From Armatimonadota bacterium (GTDB taxonomy: Bacteria > Armatimonadota > HRBIN16): DNA of 64,000 nt. The notes beneath the pieces were generated by a model. The model was not told the DNA's origin and searched no databases. It saw nothing but the letters and a program-made list of their open reading frames with translations. Positions 1-11,602 of this stretch are shown piece after piece. A program made the position numbers and the translations under genes. The stretch lies in assembly GCA_040289885.1 (NCBI GenBank), contig PSLZ01000005.1, positions 26,598 to 90,597 on the forward strand, in the 5' to 3' direction. The first letter of the stretch is position 1; the number at the start of each line of letters is the position of its first letter.

Positions 1-1
1 C

Positions 2-316
2 GACGAGCGCACGATTGAGCTGGTCGGCACGAAAGGCAGTATCAGTATGCTGGGCTGGGACTGGCACCCCAAGGGCGTGGAGGTATGGGACACCGAAGCG
101 GGCGCGTGGGAGGTGGTCTGCAAGCACCAGAAAGGCTATAATTGGAATCAGGGAGGCTCGTACCTGGCGCGTTGTCTGGCAACTGGCAAGAAACCCCTTA
201 TGACGATAGAGCACGCCTTCCATGTGCTGGAGGCGATGCTGGCGGCAAAACAGTCCGCTGAAACCGGACAGCGTGTGCCGGTGCACAGTCAGTTCCCCAC
301 CCCCTGGCTGGAGTAG
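2..316 (+). CDS. Gfo/Idh/MocA family oxidoreductase, C-terminal fragment (5' end outside window)
   Basis: Frame continues from window edge; C-terminal motif HAFHVLEAMLAAKQSAETGQRVPV is typical of the Gfo/Idh/MocA C-terminal domain; stop TAG at 314-316. Confidence 0.6.
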   Translation, partial: DERTIELVGTKGSISMLGWDWHPKGVEVWDTEAGAWEVVCKHQKGYNWNQGGSYLARCLATGKKPLMTIEHAFHVLEAMLAAKQSAETGQRVPVHSQFPTPWLE

Positions 317-362
317 AACAGCGCTGATTGTGTGCGTTTATCGATGGAAGCAGGAAGGACTT

Positions 363-1323
363 ATGGCAGTAGTACCCCCTGTTACCGCCTGGGCGGGTGA
401 CATACCGGAGCTGTTCCAACGATGGCATGTCGTTGCCGAGCCTGACCGCGATGCCGCCGAATGGTGGGCAGGCGCGCCAAGTGGTGCGCGACAGAAGAAG
501 CGTCTTCTGGATGGCACTGCGGATGCGCACGGCAGAGGGTCAACTGGGTCAGCGCGGCTACGAGATACGCATCCTTCGCAGCGACGACGGTATACATTTT
601 GTGAAGATTCATCGCATCCAAAGAGAACAGATACCCACCACGGGCTTCGAACGCTCTGCCCTGCTCGTAGACCCTCATACGGGGAAGTTCAAGCTGTACG
701 CCTGCGGTCCACTCACCGGCGACTGGTGCATCTTCAAGTTCGCCGACGTCGACAGCCCAGAACAGTTTGACCCTGCTACCGTCAAGCCCGTTATCGAGGC
801 TATCCCCTCGCATCCACAGGGTGTACCGCACCCCACCGCGTACAAGGACCCGTTTATCCTCTATGCTGGCGGCGCCTATCATTGCTACGTCATCGGCGTG
901 TTGCGCTCGGAACGCATTTTCCACTTTACCAGCGCAGACGGCGAGCAGTGGCAACCGATAGGACACCCTTCTGAATCGTTGCTACCGCTCGCAGGATGGC
1001 ATTCGTTCTATTATGTGCGTCCCGCGTGCGTGCTTCCGATCGGTGTGGGCTACCTCTTCGTTTATGAAGGCTCCAGTGTGCCGTGGGAAGACCCGGTGTA
1101 TAACATCGCGACGGGGCTCGGATTCACCTTCGACCTCCATCACGTCACTGACCTCACGCCCGACGCCCCTTTGCTGGTCAGCCCTACTCCAGGTAGGCTT
1201 CACGTCTGGCGCTATTCGCACTGGTTGCGGGTGGAAGATGAGCTGTGGGTGTACGCCGAGGTGGAGAAACCCAATGGCGCACACGAGACAAGGCTCTTCC
1301 GGTTACCACGCAGTCGCCCGTAG
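363..1323 (+). CDS. BNR/Asp-box beta-propeller glycoside-hydrolase-like protein (GH130/GH43-like); apparent 1-nt frameshift near 480 (N-terminus in frame 0 from ATG 363, body in frame of ORF 397..1323)
   Basis: Strong RBS AGGAAGGA 5 nt before ATG 363 (MAVVPPVTAWAGDIPELFQRWHVVAEPDRDAAEWWAGAP), then protein-like sequence continues only in +1 frame (VVRDRRSVFWMALRM...); Asp-box TSADGEQW; WxGAP-VVRDG...FW motif spans the junction. Confidence 0.5.
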
Positions 1324-1402
1324 CGGTCTTGCGTTGTTCCGCTTCACGAATGTATACTGTAGGCGGAGTTTGCGAGACTGCCCTAACAGGTGGTGAACAA
1401 GA

Positions 1403-2075
1403 ATGGAAGCATCGCCTTCGCTGAAAACCAAGGTACACTACCCGGATTCGAATGGTCAGCCTATGGCAGATAACACCATTCAGTACGAGTATATCGTCAC
1501 GCTCAAAGGCAATCTGGAACTGCTCTTCGCGGACGACCCCAATGTTTTCGTCGCTGGCGACCTGCTCTGGTACCCCGTAGAAAACCGCCCCGATATCCGT
1601 CAGGCGCCCGACACCCTAGTGGTCTTCGGACGCCCGAAGGGACACCGAGGCTCAATACAAGCAGTGGGAAGAAGGCAATATCCCGCCCCAGGTGGTCTTT
1701 GAGATATGGTCCCCTCATAACCGACTTGGACAGATGCTGAACAAGCTCAACTTCTATGAGCGCTACGGAGTGGAAGAGTACTATATCTACTACCCAGAGA
1801 GCGGAGAATGGGAAGGCTGGTACCGCAGCGGTGATCGTCTGGTGCCCATCGAGCAAATGGACGGCTGGACCAGTCCCCGATTGAGTATTCGCTTTGGCAA
1901 AGGTTACGAGACGGACCTGGGACTGCAACTACCGAACGGCAGACGCATGCTGAGCTTCCTGCAAATCGCCCAGCTGGCCGAGCAAGCCCAACGCGAAGCC
2001 GAACCTGAACGACAGCGCGCCGAAAAACTGGCTCAGAAACTGCGAGAACTGGGAATCAATCCTGAGGAACTTTGA
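1403..2075 (+). pseudogene. Uma2 family endonuclease (DUF820), disrupted by 1-nt insertion frameshift at ~1647 (ORFs 1403..1702 + 1692..2075)
   Basis: N-part PDSNGQPMADNT...VFVAGDLLWYPVE...VVFGRPKGHRGS and C-part VVFEIWSPHN... are contiguous Uma2 motifs; deleting one A in ggctcaAtacaagcagtgggaagaa restores GSYKQWEEGNIPPQVVFEIWSP. Confidence 0.7.
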
Positions 2076-2083
2076 GCCTGCCC

Positions 2084-2112
2084 TTGCATCCTCGCCCAAG
2101 TTAGGGTATCAT
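2084..2112 (+). promoter_or_regulatory. sigma-70 type promoter of groESL (-35 TTGCAT, 17-bp spacer, -10 TATCAT)
   Basis: TTGCAT 2084-2089, TATCAT 2107-2112, immediately upstream of CIRCE. Confidence 0.55.
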
Positions 2113-2123
2113 ATTTCGTGGAA

Positions 2124-2150
2124 TTAGCACTCGGCAACGTCGAGTGCTAA
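2124..2150 (+). promoter_or_regulatory. CIRCE operator (HrcA binding site) TTAGCACTC-N9-GAGTGCTAA
   Basis: Perfect 9-N9-9 inverted repeat matching the CIRCE consensus, 28 nt upstream of groES start. Confidence 0.9.
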
Positions 2151-2177
2151 AATTATGCGCAAGGAGGTGACTCTGAG

Positions 2178-4114
<1,937 letters not shown>

Positions 4115-4132
4115 AGCGCGAAGCGACGCATC

Positions 4133-4168
4133 GGGATAAAAAGGGACAGGCGTTAGCCTGTCCCTTTA
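4133..4168. terminator. bidirectional stem-loop terminator between groEL (+) and the convergent GT39-like gene (-)
   Basis: agggacaggc-gtta-gcctgtccct hairpin; T-run on the minus strand (TTTTTATCC), weaker tail on plus. Confidence 0.5.
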
Positions 4169-4176
4169 CTCGTCAA

Positions 4177-6072
4177 CTACGATGGCGTGTATATAAACAG
4201 CACCCAGCGCGGCGGCTGGAAGTTGCTGATGATGCGCCCCGGCGCCGCCTGCGGAGCGGGATAAATCCCTCCAGCCACTGGGTCATACGGCGCACGCCGG
4301 CGGGACTTCCATGCCTGTGCGAGTTGCTGGGCTTGCTTCTGGTCGCGCACAAGATACGACTGGAACACGAACTGCGTCGCCTGCTGGTAGTGCTGAACCC
4401 AACCCTGAAGCCGTTCGCCATCGGGTGCACCACCAGCGGCTGGAGTGAGTATGGCAAACAGGGGTTGTGTCTTCTGCAGAAGGTCCCGTGCCGCCGACAT
4501 GTTTGGAACAGGCTGGTTGATGGTAAACCGCTCCTGCCCTAACCGCATCTCCAGCGGCACCTCCACCATCGGCGTCTCTGGTAACCACACCCACACTTGA
4601 TGCGTATACCACGCCGCCCGCCAAGGCACATCACTGATGCCAACAATGGGCGTCTCCAGTCCCCCCTGTGGATTGCGAGTTTTTAACTCAGAGATAATCC
4701 GCTCCAGCCTTGCAGACAGCACGCTGAACGCCATGAGCTCTTCACGCGGCGCCTTAGGCTCGCGGAAGATGAACGACAACACTAGCGGAACCATTACCAC
4801 CAGTATGGCTCCCGTTACCCCCACGCGCCACACACGCCCCGAATCCTCGGACACCCGCTGAACCAGGTCTTCCAAACCGCCTAGCGCCAACAGGCTGAAG
4901 GGCAGAGCGAAACACATCAGCGCGTACACGTTACCGCCAGGCACGCCAAACGAGCTTCCCAACAGTAACAGCACCGCCGTCCACCAGATCATATTGCGCC
5001 ACAACGCCAGCGCACGCAGGCGCATCGGCACGAACAGCCCCACAAAAGCCAGCGCTGAGAGCACAGGGTGCGGAAACGTCAACAGCGTAACGATACCCCC
5101 CCGCAAATTGCGCGACCACTTGCCCAAGACCTGCTGGGCGTTCTCCAGAAACAGGGCGGTCACACGGGGCGGACGCTTCCCCTCTTCATAGTGGCGGTAG
5201 AGCGAATAGCCCGGATACGGCTTGGTCGCCATGCCCACTTCGTAAACCCGCAGATTAAAGAACGGGTTACCAAACAGGCGAGTGTTGCGTATCCAGTAGG
5301 GCAAACTAATCAGCGCGAACCCCAGCAGAAACAGAGCCACGTGCTTGGCGCGACGTTCGGGGTTGGTCAATGCCAGATAGATGGTGGCAGGAATCAATAG
5401 AAGCCACAGCGAGACCTGCGTCAGGTAAGCCAGTCCTGCCAGCAAGCCCGCCCCAAAACTACGCCTCGGTCTGCGGGGCGACCATACCTCTACCACCTGT
5501 CCTGTATCGGGGTCGAATTGCTCCACGCTGGGGCGGTAGAGCAGATAACAGGTCGCCAGCAAAAGGAAACCCGCCATGGCGATGGGCATACCAGAGGTAC
5601 CCAGCATCGCCAGCGCGTCCTCTGAAAACAGCAGAAGTCCCGCCGCCCAGTAACCCACGCGCGGGCTGAACATTCTGCTACCCACAAAGTAAACCAGCAC
5701 CAGCCCCAGCACGAACCAGACCAACGAGCCGAGCACCAGCGTGCTATCCTGCGCCCCCCGCACCCCGATCAGCAGCGCCAGAAAAATCAGATAGGCAGGA
5801 CCGTGTTCGATATCATACGCCTCCCGCACGTCCTTCCAGAAGTACAGCCCCAACGGTACGATGTTGTTCGTGATAAAACCGCGTCCCTTCGAGATGTTGT
5901 AGGCTATCTGCCCATAGTCCATCGCCTCATCCGAAGGGCTGACGAACCGCGCCCAGTAAAACATTCGGATGACTACTGCTACAACAGCCAGAGACACGAC
6001 CCATATCACCACTTGCCGGGCGATATGGGTGACTTTAGCCTCCGCCGTGCTTCGGGGCGTCTCTTCTAGCAT
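4177..6072 (-). CDS. polytopic membrane glycosyltransferase, GT39/ArnT-PMT-like (lipid-linked sugar transferase) with C-terminal soluble domain
   Basis: 631 aa, ~11 predicted TM segments, DE..Y loop motif (SDEAMDYGQIA) near the first TM; RBS AAAGGAG. Confidence 0.55.
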   Translation of the reverse strand: MLEETPRSTAEAKVTHIARQVVIWVVSLAVVAVVIRMFYWARFVSPSDEAMDYGQIAYNISKGRGFITNNIVPLGLYFWKDVREAYDIEHGPAYLIFLALLIGVRGAQDSTLVLGSLVWFVLGLVLVYFVGSRMFSPRVGYWAAGLLLFSEDALAMLGTSGMPIAMAGFLLLATCYLLYRPSVEQFDPDTGQVVEVWSPRRPRRSFGAGLLAGLAYLTQVSLWLLLIPATIYLALTNPERRAKHVALFLLGFALISLPYWIRNTRLFGNPFFNLRVYEVGMATKPYPGYSLYRHYEEGKRPPRVTALFLENAQQVLGKWSRNLRGGIVTLLTFPHPVLSALAFVGLFVPMRLRALALWRNMIWWTAVLLLLGSSFGVPGGNVYALMCFALPFSLLALGGLEDLVQRVSEDSGRVWRVGVTGAILVVMVPLVLSFIFREPKAPREELMAFSVLSARLERIISELKTRNPQGGLETPIVGISDVPWRAAWYTHQVWVWLPETPMVEVPLEMRLGQERFTINQPVPNMSAARDLLQKTQPLFAILTPAAGGAPDGERLQGWVQHYQQATQFVFQSYLVRDQKQAQQLAQAWKSRRRAPYDPVAGGIYPAPQAAPGRIISNFQPPRWVLFIYTPS

Positions 6073-6278
6073 CCGCCAAGGCTCCTTTCGTTACCCCTGT
6101 GTTGTGCCACCTTGTAAGATTCTTGCCCAACGAACGTTTGTCCTCTAGCTATCGCCCTGCATTATACCATTGACGCCGTCCCCCTTGCCATACCCTTAGT
6201 ACTTGCAATCAGTCTATGCTTCCTCTAAAATAGAGGACAGGGCAATGAAAGCGCCACCATAGTCTAAGGGTGATTGGA

Positions 6279-8306
6279 ATGTGGGTAACTTGGCGGTCCC
6301 TGTTTGCGGTACGAGCTCCCGCTATACCGCGAACGCAAGTAACAGAACGCGAAGCTATCGAGGAAGCGGCTCGCGAGCGGGGCGTTACTCTGCGCTCGGT
6401 ATTGATTGGCACACTGCTGATCCCAGTGAATACCTATTGGATCATTCAGGTGGAGGGTATCTGGCACCGCAACCACGCGACCGCCATGTCCCTCTTTTGG
6501 AACACGGTCTTCTGCCTGATGCTTCTGATCCTGCTCAATGTGCTCGTGTTGAAGCGACTCGCCCCGCGACTCGCCTTCACGCAGGGCGAACTGATAGTCA
6601 TCTACGTAATGATTACCATAGCCTCCGCGCTCGCTGGACACGACACCTTGCAGTTGGGGATCCCTGCGCTATCCATGCCCTTCTACGGCGCGAACGCCAC
6701 CAACGGCTGGGACCAGTTGTTCAATCACTATTTCCCAAAGTGGCTGACGGTGCAGGACAAGGAGTTCCTCCGCCCCTACTACGAGGGGCACAGCTCCCTC
6801 TATATCGCGGGACGCATCTACGTCTGGCTCAAGCCGGTGCTCATCTGGAGCCTGTTCATCGGCGTGATGGGCGTGGTCATGGTGTGCCTGAATGTGATCC
6901 TGCGCAAGCAGTGGATGGAGAACGAAAAGCTCTCCTACCCTATCGTCCAGCTCCCCATGACGATGACCGCCAACGGAGGCAATACCAGCTTCTTCCTGCA
7001 GAAGCCGCTGATTCTGGGTGCCCTGCTGGGTGGTTCGCTGGACGTGCTGAACGGATTACACGTGCTGTTCCCTGCTATCCCTCAAATCGTGGTGAGACAC
7101 GACGACCCCTCGCGCAACCTTCAGCAATACTTCACCACCCCTCCGTGGAACGGTGTCGGGTGGTTCCCGCTTCCGCTGTATCCCTTCATCATCGCACTGG
7201 GCTACTTTCTGCCCGTAGACCTGTCCTTTTCCATCTGGTTCTTCTTCCTGCTGAAGATGGCTCTGCGCGTGGTGGCAACGGCACTCGGCGTGGAGCAGGG
7301 ACAACCGTACACCTTCCCCTTCTTCAACGAGCAGTCGTACGGAGCCTGGTTCGCCATTGTGGCGTTTGCGCTGTGGGGAGCACGCAACCACATCCGCGAG
7401 GTCTGGCGCAAGGCAGTTAACCCACGTTACGCCGGCATAGACGACTCGCGGGAGGCGCTGTCTTACCGCGGCGCGGTCGTCGGCTTGCTGTTGGGCACGG
7501 CTTTGCTCGTTGCGTTCTGTGTATCCGCGGGAATGAAACTGTGGGTCACGGTGCTATTCTTCCTGATATGCTTCATCATATCGATCGGTATTACCCGCGT
7601 CCGGGCAGAGCTAGGTCCCCCGGCACACGAAGTAGTCGGGATGAATGCGCAGACCTTCCTCATTATGGCGTTCGGCTCCACGGCTATCGGCGCCCCCAGC
7701 CTGACCATGTTCACCATGTTCTGGTGGTTCAGCGGACGTGGCTACCGAACCCACCCCATGCCCTGCCAGCTGGAGGCGATGAAGATGGCACAGCAAGGTC
7801 GTATCAACATGAAAGGCATGGGCTGGGTGATGGTGTTCGCCATGTTCTTTGGCGGACTGGCTTCCTACTGGGCGGCACTGCACCTGAAATACGCCAACAC
7901 CACCGGCGTAGATTACATGGACATGCACAACTGGGGCAACTACTACTGGCTGGAAAGCATCCTGCGGTCGCCTAGGCAACCGAGCGTCACCGGGATGCTC
8001 GCCGTGGTGTTCGGTTTCGCCGCTGCGTCGCTGATGCACCTTGCAAGGCTACGCTTCCTGTGGTGGCCCTTCCATCCGGCAGGTTATGCCCTGTCGCTGA
8101 ACTTTGGGGTGGAATACTTCTGGTCGTGCCTACTGATTGCCAGCGTCATCAAGTGGCTGGTTCTGCGCTATGGCGGCTACAAGCTGAACCGGCAGATGAT
8201 GCCTTTCATGTTCGGGGTGATCCTGGGCGAGTACTGCGTCGGGGCGTTCTGGAGCGCGATGAGCGTCATCCTAAACACGCGCATGTACGACTTCTGCCCC
8301 GGCTAA
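6279..8306 (+). CDS. large polytopic membrane protein of unknown function (possibly DUF6784/DUF6785-type)
   Basis: ~675 aa, many hydrophobic helices, protein-like composition; probable start ATG 6279 (MWVTWRSL) after AAGGGTGA; ORF track begins at GTG 6270. Confidence 0.5.
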   Translation: MWVTWRSLFAVRAPAIPRTQVTEREAIEEAARERGVTLRSVLIGTLLIPVNTYWIIQVEGIWHRNHATAMSLFWNTVFCLMLLILLNVLVLKRLAPRLAFTQGELIVIYVMITIASALAGHDTLQLGIPALSMPFYGANATNGWDQLFNHYFPKWLTVQDKEFLRPYYEGHSSLYIAGRIYVWLKPVLIWSLFIGVMGVVMVCLNVILRKQWMENEKLSYPIVQLPMTMTANGGNTSFFLQKPLILGALLGGSLDVLNGLHVLFPAIPQIVVRHDDPSRNLQQYFTTPPWNGVGWFPLPLYPFIIALGYFLPVDLSFSIWFFFLLKMALRVVATALGVEQGQPYTFPFFNEQSYGAWFAIVAFALWGARNHIREVWRKAVNPRYAGIDDSREALSYRGAVVGLLLGTALLVAFCVSAGMKLWVTVLFFLICFIISIGITRVRAELGPPAHEVVGMNAQTFLIMAFGSTAIGAPSLTMFTMFWWFSGRGYRTHPMPCQLEAMKMAQQGRINMKGMGWVMVFAMFFGGLASYWAALHLKYANTTGVDYMDMHNWGNYYWLESILRSPRQPSVTGMLAVVFGFAAASLMHLARLRFLWWPFHPAGYALSLNFGVEYFWSCLLIASVIKWLVLRYGGYKLNRQMMPFMFGVILGEYCVGAFWSAMSVILNTRMYDFCPG

Positions 8307-8438
8307 AAATATTCCGGGCTCCCATACAGATTAGCAGGAAAGGCTTGACAGAGGCGCGAAGATATGGTAGCGTAGAGTGCCTTTACGCTAGGCGTGATGC
8401 CAACCGTGAATCCGAATGTAAACAAAGGAGGCAGGTGT

Positions 8439-10013
8439 ATGAGACGAACCGTGTACGTTCTTGCCGTTGCGGTCGCGCTGTGGTCTTCTACAGCCTGGCT
8501 GCCGGCAAACGTGCAAGCAATTCCCAACAGCGCACCGCGCCTGCAGGTGATTAACGCGCAGGAGTTCACACAGCCCCTGCAGGTCACCAAAGAGCTGTCG
8601 GTGCGATACCAGGGCAAGGCGATAGTCAAGCTGGAACTGTGGGTAGACCAAGTGCTTTTCGCCGAGAAGTCTCTGGATATCCCTCTCGAACGAGGCGTCG
8701 CCTCGTTCATGCTCGACCCCGCCTACCTCAGCGCGGGCAAACACACCATCACCCTTAAAGCGATCGAAGCGGACGGCACGGTCGGCACCACGCGCACCAG
8801 CGTGATCGTTGAGACACCTACACTAACCAACCTGCCTCTCGCTATCGTCTCCCCGGCCAACGGCACTGCCGTATCGGGCAACGTGGAGATCGGTCTGCGA
8901 GTCAACGAGCAACTCGGCAAGGTGTACGTGAGCCTGTTCATTGACCGCCAATTCAAGACTCTGCGCAACTTTCCGCCCTATACTTACACCTGGGACACCA
9001 CTACCGTAGACAACGGCTGGCACCTGATTGAGGCACTGGGTGTGGACGAAGGGCGGAACACCTACAAGGCAACTCCTGTGCGCGTGCTGGTCAATAACCC
9101 GGGCGGTCAAACCGTGCGCGAAACACGCCTGCCGGACGCTACGACCAGCTCTCCCGATGTTCTGCTGGCCCCGCGGGGCAGTGCGCTGACGCTTCAGTCG
9201 ACGGAGGCGGTTCCCTACTCTGCGGTGCGCGACGCGACGCCCTCTACGGTGGTTGGTGTCGGCGTTAAGCGCACCCTGAGCGATGCCGAAGCCACACCTG
9301 CTCAACCCCAACAGATGGCACGCGCCACCGCACCGGCGACAATGTTGGGCGGACAGCGTGACGTCACGCCAGTGGCTGAACCGCGCGTATCGGTACAGTC
9401 GCCTGCGGTCGTCGCAGACGAGGTGTACCAGCCTGAGGTGCTGTCCTCCGCGGTTGCACCCGCTGGACAGAAGCTGGTCGTCCCGCAGATGGTGGCGATG
9501 GCACCTCCCGCCGCGCAGTCGGTGTACGAGGTGCGCCGGGGCGATACCCTCATCGGCATCGCCAAGCGACACGGCGTCTCACCGCAGGCAGTGGCAGCGG
9601 TCAACGGCATCACCAACCTGAACCGCGTGCGAGCGGGCGACAAGATCATCATCCCTGGCTCTACGTTCCAGGTGGTGTTCGACAACACCCGCATCGCCTT
9701 CGACGTGCCGCCGCGTGTGCAGGACGGTGTGCCGCTAGCACCATTCCGTCAGATCTTCGAACACACGGGGGGATGGCTCTTCTGGTATCCCCAGTCGCGA
9801 ACGGTGCGCGCCGTCAACGCCGAGCGCGAGATCGAATTGCGTATCGGCTCGCCGTCGGCGCGGGTGAACAACCAAACCCTGCCCATGGAGGTGGCACCGT
9901 TTATCGACCGGGGACGCACCATCGTGCCACTGTCGTTCGTGCGCGACGCCATGGATGTCAAAATCCACTATGACCCCAAAACGGGTAACCTGCTCATCGA
10001 AAGCGAGAGGTAA
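8439..10013 (+). CDS. secreted protein with Ig-like repeats, a LysM domain and C-terminal copper-amine-oxidase N-terminal-like domain
   Basis: RBS AAGGAGG 8 nt before ATG 8439; signal peptide MRRTVYVLAVAVALWSSTAWLPANVQA; LysM YEVRRGDTLIGIAKRHGVSPQAVAAVNGITNLNRVRAGDKIIIPG; C-terminal TIVPLSFVRDAM stalk-like domain. Confidence 0.7.
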   Translation: MRRTVYVLAVAVALWSSTAWLPANVQAIPNSAPRLQVINAQEFTQPLQVTKELSVRYQGKAIVKLELWVDQVLFAEKSLDIPLERGVASFMLDPAYLSAGKHTITLKAIEADGTVGTTRTSVIVETPTLTNLPLAIVSPANGTAVSGNVEIGLRVNEQLGKVYVSLFIDRQFKTLRNFPPYTYTWDTTTVDNGWHLIEALGVDEGRNTYKATPVRVLVNNPGGQTVRETRLPDATTSSPDVLLAPRGSALTLQSTEAVPYSAVRDATPSTVVGVGVKRTLSDAEATPAQPQQMARATAPATMLGGQRDVTPVAEPRVSVQSPAVVADEVYQPEVLSSAVAPAGQKLVVPQMVAMAPPAAQSVYEVRRGDTLIGIAKRHGVSPQAVAAVNGITNLNRVRAGDKIIIPGSTFQVVFDNTRIAFDVPPRVQDGVPLAPFRQIFEHTGGWLFWYPQSRTVRAVNAEREIELRIGSPSARVNNQTLPMEVAPFIDRGRTIVPLSFVRDAMDVKIHYDPKTGNLLIESER

Positions 10014-10021
10014 CGCAACCT

Positions 10022-10063
10022 AAAAAAGCTTTGCCGGAGAGGGCTTCCTCTCCGGCTTTTTTC
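10022..10063. terminator. bidirectional rho-independent terminator
   Basis: gccggagagg-gcttc-cctctccggc stem-loop, flanked by A6 upstream and T6 downstream; between convergent genes. Confidence 0.8.
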
Positions 10064-10087
10064 TTGGTCACAATCGGCTCGGCCTCG

Positions 10088-10342
10088 TCACACAATACCG
10101 GCCATCTTCTCCTCTTTCTTGCCCGAATCGCCCTCCGATTTGCTCTCCGAAGACCCCTTGTCCGATTTGCGATAGTCGGTAATATGAAACCCCGGCCCCT
10201 TAAACAGAATGCCAACAGGATACAACAGCCGGCGCACACTACCACCACACTGCGGGCACTCTGTCAAAGGCGGCTCGGTAATACGCTGGAACTGCTCGAA
10301 CTCCACACCGCAACTATCACAACGGTAACCGTAAGTAGGCAT
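10088..10342 (-). CDS. FmdB family zinc ribbon protein
   Basis: MPTYGYRCDSCGVEFEQFQRITEPPLTECPQCGG...ITDY matches the FmdB/CxxC-x(n)-CxxC regulatory zinc-ribbon family; start taken at MPTY (ORF track starts 12 nt earlier). Confidence 0.8.
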   Translation of the reverse strand: MPTYGYRCDSCGVEFEQFQRITEPPLTECPQCGGSVRRLLYPVGILFKGPGFHITDYRKSDKGSSESKSEGDSGKKEEKMAGIV

Positions 10343-10443
10343 CGTCCACATCACCTCCGATAATATTATGACAAGCCTCTACGGCGATGGTCAACCCTTT
10401 CTCCCAAGAAAAAATTGGAAGGAGCAGGCGAAAATTGCAGGAC

Positions 10444-10473
10444 TTGACAAACCGTGCACCGAATAGGTATAGT
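10444..10473 (+). promoter_or_regulatory. sigma-70 type promoter (-35 TTGACA, 18-bp spacer, -10 TATAGT) for the NlpC/P60 gene
   Basis: TTGACA 10444-10449, TATAGT 10468-10473, followed by RBS AGGAGGTG and ATG 10530. Confidence 0.55.
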
Positions 10474-10529
10474 CACGAGGCGTTGTAGGCTGTTCCAGCG
10501 CCACAAACGCACATTCAGGAGGTGAACCG

Positions 10530-11492
10530 ATGGCACGATGGCTCACACTCTGCACCTTGACAATCGTAACTAGCGTCTTGTGGATAACGGGTGCTGATGC
10601 CCAGCATGTGATTGTGGTTAAAGAGAACGATACGGTGTGGTGCTTGGCAAAGCGATACCATGTTCTGCCTCAGGACATCGTGAAAGTCAACGGTCTGAAG
10701 AACCCTGATTCGCTGAAGCCGGGTATGCGCCTGAAAATCCCGCCTGCCGTCAAACCAAAGGCAGTACCCACCACCATGCGCAAGACGGCAGTGATCAACG
10801 CCGGCAGAGTGTGCGTGCGGTATGCCCCGAACCGGACGGACCGCTCGATGGTGCTGTTGGATAAGGGACACCCCATTCTGGTGACGGCGCGCAGAGGGAA
10901 CTGGCTCCAAGTCAAGCTGGCAAGTGGACGAATCGGCTGGGTGCGCGATGACCTGGTAAAGGTGACAGGCATCCTGGCCACACGATCGCCAAAGACGAAA
11001 AGACCAGTGATGGCGAAGCATACGCCGAAACCGTCCCAGCCAAAGCGCAAGACGGCATCTGCCCAGAAGAGCAAGCGTCCCGTCATTGTCGCCAGCAACT
11101 CGGGAGCATTTGGTACATCCACCGGCGAATCGATCGTTCGCACCGCCTCGCGCTTCCGCGGGGTACGTTACCGATGGGGAGGCTCTTCGCGCAGTGGGTT
11201 CGATTGCTCGGGCTTCACGCGCTACGTTTTTCGGCATAGAGCGGGCATCGAACTGCCCCACTCCGCCAGCGCGCAGTTTCGACGAGGCACGCCGGTGCCG
11301 CGCAACCAGCTGAAGCCGGGCGACCTGGTCTTCTTCCAGACCTACCGGCGAGGCGCGTCGCACGTCGGTATCTACATCGGCAACGGCAAGTTCATCCACG
11401 CATCCAGTACAGGTGGGCGCGTTCGGATCGACAGCCTGAACGAAGGCTATTACCGCCAGCGCTATCTCGGAGCGCGCCGGGTAACCCAGTGA
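10530..11492 (+). CDS. peptidoglycan endopeptidase: LysM + SH3b + NlpC/P60 domain protein
   Basis: Signal peptide; LysM (VKENDTVWCLAKRYHV...GMRLKIP); SH3b (WLQVKLASGRIGWVRDDLV); NlpC/P60 catalytic region YRWGGSSRSGFDCSGFTRYVF...HVGIYIGNGKFIHAS. Confidence 0.88.
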   Translation: MARWLTLCTLTIVTSVLWITGADAQHVIVVKENDTVWCLAKRYHVLPQDIVKVNGLKNPDSLKPGMRLKIPPAVKPKAVPTTMRKTAVINAGRVCVRYAPNRTDRSMVLLDKGHPILVTARRGNWLQVKLASGRIGWVRDDLVKVTGILATRSPKTKRPVMAKHTPKPSQPKRKTASAQKSKRPVIVASNSGAFGTSTGESIVRTASRFRGVRYRWGGSSRSGFDCSGFTRYVFRHRAGIELPHSASAQFRRGTPVPRNQLKPGDLVFFQTYRRGASHVGIYIGNGKFIHASSTGGRVRIDSLNEGYYRQRYLGARRVTQ

Positions 11493-11602
11493 TCACACAC
11501 ATTTTTTGAAAAATCACAGCTACCGCAGGCAGGAGTTCTGCGGAGCGGTCGATAATCGAATAGCCTGGTACCAAGAGCCATTGCGTTTGAGAACGGCGCC
11601 AG

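Noticed and set aside
340-362. GGAAGCAGGAAGGAC resembling the SRP RNA domain IV motif
   Set aside because: Only a short purine-rich match serving as the RBS for ATG 363; no surrounding SRP RNA helix structure.
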